A stretch of DNA of 64,000 nucleotides from an uncultured Porphyromonas sp. (lineage in GTDB: Bacteria > Bacteroidota > Bacteroidia > Bacteroidales > Porphyromonadaceae), in NCBI RefSeq assembly GCF_915070105.1, contig NZ_CAJZFJ010000001.1, forward strand, positions 11,399 through 75,398, read 5' to 3'. Below, piece after piece: positions 58,920 through 64,000 of the stretch. The translations under genes and the position numbers were made by a program. Position 1 is the stretch's first letter. Each line of letters opens with the position of its first letter. The notes under the pieces are model-generated. The model saw only the letters and a list, made by a program, of their open reading frames with translations, did no database searches and was not told the DNA's origin.

Positions 58920-60692
58920 CTAGAGGTCCTTGAATAGGCGGACACAGGCATAGTTGGTTGGGGCTCCAAAGAGTGTACTTCCCCAAAACTCATATAGCCC
59001 AAAGATAGCATGGTGTCCGGGCCACTGATTAAGGGGAGTACTGGTCCAGTAGAAGCCTGATGCTCCTTGAAAAAAAGGGTCTTTGTGGGATGGATTTTGT
59101 GGAGCCCAGCGGCCAGCCATAGGTAGACGACGTTCTTCAGCTTTGCGATTCCTCCACCAGCTTTCAGAGTTTATGTCTTTCAGCTCTTCATGTGCCCCAG
59201 GTCCGAGGTAGCAGGATCTAATTACCGCTATGTAGCCTTCGGAGACGGGATTTTTCTCTATGCTATATCGCCATGCACTATAGCACCGACTATAGGCATT
59301 GGCTAAGAAGCGTACTGCATAGCAGATCTCCTGATCCTCAACTGTTTCATACTTGGAGACAACCGATCTTCGGGTATGGAACTCTTGTACCTCCTCGTTT
59401 ATGTCTCTTTTTAGAGCTTTACCTTTAAGATTGCCCTTGAAGGCTAATCCGTCTCCAACAGCAGTTATCCAGTCTCTCTCGGTAGGTAGTCTCCATCCTG
59501 GGGCTCGGCTTGCGATCTCTCTAGCCTGCTGGAAGTAGTAGAGTTGACTAAGATTATTGGAGTGATTGGAGAGGCGCGTCGTGGTAGGGTATTCTCCTAC
59601 GTAGTTTACCTCATCCATCTGTTCAAGGGGATTCCACCATGACTGTATCTGAGGACGTATGGTGAAGCATGCACCATTGCGTAGTGTCCTTTTGGGTGAC
59701 GAGATCGTTGCACTGAGAGGTGTGAGGAGTGGCTTGGAACTAGGAGTTAGTCGCTCTGAAACACGGTCACGCACGTAGGCATGAGTGATGGAGAAGGCTT
59801 TTGATCCATACTCACCAATACCATTAGGCATCATCCAAAGATAGTAGAATCCACTATCCTCAGTCTGTGCTGGCATATCATCAGTGGGAGTTTCGAGGAC
59901 ATAATTGCGTATCCATCCCCCCTCTGGCATAGCCTCGGCGAAGTTCCATTGAGGCTTTTGCAAATAGGGGGTATTGAGGTCGAAATACCCTCTGGGATCA
60001 CAGATGCGAGAACGGATTTGGTATTCATACACTTGGATATGGGACTGGGGAAGTGCATTGCGAGTACGTATCTTTAAGAGTACGCCCTGGGGGCTGAAGA
60101 TGAGTTTTTCCATTGCCCCCGCATCATAGCCGCCGTTAGGGCGCTCTCGTAGCTCTAGGGGAATCCAATCAGAGATGTAGGGCATCTCTAGCCCGATGTT
60201 ATCTCCTTTTTTTACACGTCTGAGGCGTATGGCATGAGAGTTAAAGTCTACTTTCCCCGTTTGGGTATTCAGTTCTCCGCCAATCATAGCCATGATATAC
60301 CATTTACGGCTAGTGCTGGGACGGAAGTTCTGGATATTGGCTTGTAGGGGGATCTCGGTTAGGTCGAGCTTAATCTTATTATCACTTTTGACCTTAAACT
60401 CTAGGGTTGTGTAGGTGGCAGGGTCGCGGGGATCATCGCTTCGGATGACGCAGTGAACTTTTATGAAGGGAGATGTTAGATGGACCCTAGGGATACCAGA
60501 GTTATCTACCTTGTAGTCTAGGTAGCGAGGTTCATCTAGGTTCCCCTCTAGCGAGAGTCGTATCATACACGTATCGCTGGATAGGCGTGTGTTGTCCGTT
60601 GTCTTTGGCTCATCCACTAGACCCTTGCTACAGGCACTGAGTAGGCAGAGGGTAGTGAGCAAGGTTAGATAGAGCCTTACCTTTGTCTTCAT
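58920..60692 (-). CDS. Lipoprotein with C-terminal Fibrobacter-succinogenes-paralogous (FISUMP)-like domain
   Basis: The lipobox is LLSACS. The C-terminal region APGWRLPTERDWITAVG...GFYWTSTP resembles the FISUMP CPxGWxLP...EW motif. The gene is clearly lower GC by eye (sampled 40-45%). Confidence 0.55.
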   Translation of the reverse strand: MKTKVRLYLTLLTTLCLLSACSKGLVDEPKTTDNTRLSSDTCMIRLSLEGNLDEPRYLDYKVDNSGIPRVHLTSPFIKVHCVIRSDDPRDPATYTTLEFKVKSDNKIKLDLTEIPLQANIQNFRPSTSRKWYIMAMIGGELNTQTGKVDFNSHAIRLRRVKKGDNIGLEMPYISDWIPLELRERPNGGYDAGAMEKLIFSPQGVLLKIRTRNALPQSHIQVYEYQIRSRICDPRGYFDLNTPYLQKPQWNFAEAMPEGGWIRNYVLETPTDDMPAQTEDSGFYYLWMMPNGIGEYGSKAFSITHAYVRDRVSERLTPSSKPLLTPLSATISSPKRTLRNGACFTIRPQIQSWWNPLEQMDEVNYVGEYPTTTRLSNHSNNLSQLYYFQQAREIASRAPGWRLPTERDWITAVGDGLAFKGNLKGKALKRDINEEVQEFHTRRSVVSKYETVEDQEICYAVRFLANAYSRCYSAWRYSIEKNPVSEGYIAVIRSCYLGPGAHEELKDINSESWWRNRKAEERRLPMAGRWAPQNPSHKDPFFQGASGFYWTSTPLNQWPGHHAIFGLYEFWGSTLFGAPTNYACVRLFKDL

Positions 60693-61183
60693 TGTGATTA
60701 GTGAAATACGATGTGTTTATTATGATAGGTGGTTCTGTATGTCTGATGGTATAGTATCGTATGCTGAACGAGTGCGATATCGCAATGCTCGATGGAAGAT
60801 TCCTAAATAGTGAGTGGCAGCAAAGATATGGGGAAGTATGGTATTCCCCTCATTTGCGGCTACATCACATCGGTACAATCCTCTCTAGGTGGAGAGAACT
60901 AATAACATGAAAAGCTACCAAATGGGAGCTGTGGCAAAGAAAATAGGAGCTGTGGGGAGTGTGTGTTCGTAGTGTGTTACCTCATGCATCCTAGCAAGAC
61001 CCTCATCGGGAATGCGAGTGCAAATGTAGTAAATTTCCTTGGCTTTAGTACAATTGTCAAAACTACCTACCCCCAATACCCTTTGATAGGTATTAGGGAT
61101 ACGTAGATATGGCAACGAAAAAGAGGAATGGTAAGGCTTGGTAGAAACCGACTGCTACGTCTTTTCCTCTCGTGGAAGAGGAG

Positions 61184-61834
61184 TTAGTCCTCTCGCTTAT
61201 CCGAGAGCTGTGCCATTAGGTCTGAGAGGCTACTATCCCCCTTGCTTGAGGCTAGCTGGGCATGTGTGTGGCAGAGATGGACGAGGAGGAGGTCTAGGAT
61301 GGTGCGCTGCTCCTGCTCTAGGGGCTGAGAGACTAGAGCCGCGGCGATACGTAGCTCTGGCAAGACCTTGGCGAGCTCTGCACGCCCAAGGGGTGTGATG
61401 GAGACCAGTATGCTCCTACGATCACGTTCGTCGGGTGTCTCCTCGACAAGACCTTTCGTCGCTAGTCGTCGTATGACTTCTGCTCCGGTGGTCTTCTCGA
61501 TCGCATTGAGGGTATTGAGAGCGGTCTTGGATAGTGGTCCTCCCATTAGGCTAACGAGGTAGGAATACTCCTCCTCGCTCTGTAGGAGCTGGGATACAGC
61601 TAGGGCTCGCTTGGTGTAGCTCCTAGAGAATCTCTGTAGGAGACTTAGGTGCCGAGCGATCGACACCTCATGGGATAGAGCGAAGGTAGAGGCCTGTGGG
61701 GTAGGACGATCGTGTAGGAGACTACTCGTGAAGGCAATGAAGCTCTGTAGGCTAAGCTCTTGCTCCAAAGGGAAGGCCTCCTCGAAGAGCTCAAGGTAGT
61801 CCAGGAGCTCAGCTAGTAGTCGCTTACTTCGCAT
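61184..61834 (-). CDS. MarR-family transcriptional regulator with ~80-aa N-terminal extension
   Basis: The winged-HTH region is ALNAIEKTTGAEVIRRLATKGLVEETPDERDRRSILVSITPLGR. Confidence 0.6.
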   Translation of the reverse strand: MRSKRLLAELLDYLELFEEAFPLEQELSLQSFIAFTSSLLHDRPTPQASTFALSHEVSIARHLSLLQRFSRSYTKRALAVSQLLQSEEEYSYLVSLMGGPLSKTALNTLNAIEKTTGAEVIRRLATKGLVEETPDERDRRSILVSITPLGRAELAKVLPELRIAAALVSQPLEQEQRTILDLLLVHLCHTHAQLASSKGDSSLSDLMAQLSDKRED

Positions 61835-61845
61835 TAGAGGGTCGG

Positions 61846-62334
61846 CTAGCGGGTGAAGCCCTTCTTCTTGATATTACGACGGGCTAGGTCAAGCTGAGCC
61901 TCTACCCGCTGGGCAGAGTCTACTCTACTGGAGTAAGAGAGCCAAGAGAGGACGATCTGATAGCTCATATCGTCATACAGGGGCGAGGAGCGGTCAGATA
62001 GTATAGCCTTGTACACGCGTAGCATCGTGGGGAGCTGCTCATCAGTGCACTGCTCTAGCGAGCGTACGAGGGCAGGGCTGACACGTGCTGTGTCAAGACC
62101 CGAGATGAAGCCACAGAAGTCATAGATTCTGTACTCGATGGCATCGGGCTTGGCATCTGCAGGGAGCTCATGATCCCAGTAGTGACCGATGATGTAGTCC
62201 AGCTGGTCAGTCAGGGAGGTGATGTGCTGCGGTACCTGTACCTGACCTGAGCTAATCGATTGCATCCTAGGACGACAAGCCGTGATCATCAGCCCCAAGA
62301 TGACAACTAAAGGAAGGATGTGTCTACTAGTCAT
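61846..62334 (-). CDS. Small lipoprotein of unknown function
   Basis: The lipobox is MITACR (or a signal peptide). The length is 162 aa. It overlaps the GT2 gene by 8 bp. Confidence 0.5.
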   Translation of the reverse strand: MTSRHILPLVVILGLMITACRPRMQSISSGQVQVPQHITSLTDQLDYIIGHYWDHELPADAKPDAIEYRIYDFCGFISGLDTARVSPALVRSLEQCTDEQLPTMLRVYKAILSDRSSPLYDDMSYQIVLSWLSYSSRVDSAQRVEAQLDLARRNIKKKGFTR

Positions 62335-63412
62335 AGAAGTTGTTTCGAAAAGCGGTAAACTCTCTCCTGCGCAGGATGTGCTTCCCCCACCACGCTCTCA
62401 CAAATCCCGAGCCATAACCCCAGAGCTGGATGAAGCATGCGGGGACGGCCCATAGTGCCACCTCGGTATCCTTGGTCTTCTGATAAGCGTCAATGAAGAA
62501 GAGTAGGGCGAGCAAGGCGAGCAGTGCCATCCCGATACCCGATAGGATGGCGATGGAGTAAACGAATGAGAGTAGAGCTGAGGAATGAAATACACATGAA
62601 ATACACCGCAAGCGTAGGAATAGCCTCGTGCTCACCCATGCTGCGATCACAAGAGCGGAGAGGATGGTGAAGAGAGCTGGGAGGCAGTGTACAAGACGAG
62701 TACTGCCTGGGTGGCGAGTCTCCAGGTGAATACGTGCGATGCCGGAGTTATGCACCTGCTTGAAGAAGCGACGTAGGTCTACCCTGCGCTTGTGGTAGAC
62801 ATAGGCCTCAGGTATGAGTACTGTGCGTGCACCAGCCTCCTGTAGGCGTAGGCTAAAGTCGATGTCTTCGCCGAAGCGCATCCCGACATCAAAGCCCCCT
62901 AGCTGTAGGAAGAGTGCTCTACGACACCCGAGGTTGAAGCTCCTAGGCTTGAACTGCTCCATCGCATCTGCACTCCCTCCTCTGATTCCCCCTGTGGTGA
63001 GGGTTGAGGTCATGGCATAGTTGATAGCCTTCTGTATCGGAGTGAAGTCCTCGGAGGCTGTGTCGGGTCCTCCGAAGGCATCAATATCGCCATGCGACAA
63101 AGCCTTATCTACAGCCAGTAGGTAACCCTCTGGTAGGACGACGTCTGAGTCCAGGATGATGATGTAGTCGCCCTTGGCATAGTTCGCTCCGATGTTTCGT
63201 GCACGAGAGGGGCCACCATTAGGTATCTGATAATAGTAGAGGGAATAGATCTGCGGGATAAAGCGCTGGATGACCTCCTCAGAGGTGCGGGTAGACCCAT
63301 CCTCTACTACGATGACCTCGTAGTCCCCTAGGCTCTGACGCATGATGCTCTCGAGGAGCTCCTGCAGTTCCTCGGGGCGGTTGTAGACCGGGATGATGAA
63401 GCTATAACGCAT
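62327..63412 (-). CDS. Family 2 glycosyltransferase with C-terminal TM helices (GtrB/ArnC-like polyprenyl-phosphate glycosyltransferase)
   Basis: FIIPVYNRPEEL is present. The DxD motif is IILDSDVV. There are three or four C-terminal hydrophobic helices. Confidence 0.8.
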   Translation of the reverse strand: MRYSFIIPVYNRPEELQELLESIMRQSLGDYEVIVVEDGSTRTSEEVIQRFIPQIYSLYYYQIPNGGPSRARNIGANYAKGDYIIILDSDVVLPEGYLLAVDKALSHGDIDAFGGPDTASEDFTPIQKAINYAMTSTLTTGGIRGGSADAMEQFKPRSFNLGCRRALFLQLGGFDVGMRFGEDIDFSLRLQEAGARTVLIPEAYVYHKRRVDLRRFFKQVHNSGIARIHLETRHPGSTRLVHCLPALFTILSALVIAAWVSTRLFLRLRCISCVFHSSALLSFVYSIAILSGIGMALLALLALLFFIDAYQKTKDTEVALWAVPACFIQLWGYGSGFVRAWWGKHILRRREFTAFRNNFYD

Positions 63413-63426
63413 AGACTATCGAATGG

Positions 63427-64000
63427 CTATAGAGACCACTCGGTCCCCTCCTTGGTATCCTTGATGGTGAAGCCTAGAGCCTCCAGCTCCTTGCGTATGT
63501 GGTCTGAGGTAGCCCAGTCCTTCTTCCCCTTGGCCTCGGAGCGCACCGCAAGCAGTAGGTCTACAGCACCTGCGAAGGCCTCATGTGAAGCACTGTCCCC
63601 CATACGCTCATCACGTAGACCGAGTAGGTCGAAGAGGAAGAGACGATAGACCACCTTCAGCTCCTCTAGTTCTGTCTCGGTGATGGTGGCTTGGGCATTG
63701 TGCACGGCATTGATGGCTCGTGCTGCCTCGAAGAGCTCAGCGATGACGATCGGTGTATTCAGGTCATCACAGAGTGCTGTATGGCAACGCTCTGCTAGTC
63801 CCGTGATGGAGACGCTGGAGCTATCGGTCGGTCTCAGCGTGTCGAGGAGGCTCGCTGCATCCATCAGACGTGTGAGCCCCTTCTCTGCTGCCTGTAGAGC
63901 CTCATTGCTGAAGTCTACCGTCCCGCGATAGTGAGCACTTAGGATGAAGAAGCGTATGGTCATCGGGCTGTAAGCCTGAGAGAGTAGGGGATGATCGCCT
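63427..64000 (-). CDS. cysS: Cysteine--tRNA ligase, C-terminal part (5' end beyond window)
   Basis: FFILSAHYRGTVDFSNEALQAAEKGL matches the CysS region after KMSKS. The protein sequence continues upstream of the listed internal Met. Confidence 0.85.
   Translation of the reverse strand, partial: GDHPLLSQAYSPMTIRFFILSAHYRGTVDFSNEALQAAEKGLTRLMDAASLLDTLRPTDSSSVSITGLAERCHTALCDDLNTPIVIAELFEAARAINAVHNAQATITETELEELKVVYRLFLFDLLGLRDERMGDSASHEAFAGAVDLLLAVRSEAKGKKDWATSDHIRKELEALGFTIKDTKEGTEWSL

Overview
Overall: this 64-kb window looks like chromosomal DNA from a fairly GC-rich Bacteroidota genome, probably Bacteroidales. GC is roughly mid/upper-50s % judged by eye, not computed. The phylum call rests on a SusC/RagA-type TonB receptor, many lipobox lipoproteins, a GldE/CorC-type hemolysin-family protein, type III pantothenate kinase and a TAnnTTTG-like promoter element.

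Coding content: I can support about 55 protein-coding genes. Almost all genes from 14 kb onward are on the minus strand. Most are housekeeping: topA, truA, fabG, dapB, two tandem signal peptidase I paralogs, rnhB, sufS, an SSB-like protein, tsaB, xth, queC, coaX, ybeY, tsaC/YrdC, rlmB, murI, split chrA and a partial cysS. There is also a set of glycan/peptide-degrading enzymes: GH29 fucosidase, GH32, NamZ-like, and M13, M24B and S9 peptidases. I found no rRNA, tRNA, tmRNA, CRISPR array, transposase or integrase.

Accessory-looking content:
- An hmuSTUV-like operon (CobN-type HmuS, membrane protein, MotA/ExbB-like, ExbD-like) lacking adjacent hmuY/hmuR. A SusC-like receptor sits downstream.
- Three tandem paralogous lipoproteins with a BamE-like N-domain and a repeated C-terminal helical domain.
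- Two intergenic repeat families concentrated in four unusually long ORF-free spacers. Family A carries an exactly 62-bp array of six phased GTGTAYAC palindromic octamers. Family B is a ~56-nt near-perfect palindrome.
- Two lower-GC lipoprotein genes lie next to these repeat hotspots.

I do not see a defence-island-like or otherwise obviously novel multi-gene system. The most novel-looking signals are the repeat families and the lipoprotein triad. All protein calls come from motifs read in the supplied translations and my own translation of the window edge; no database search was possible.
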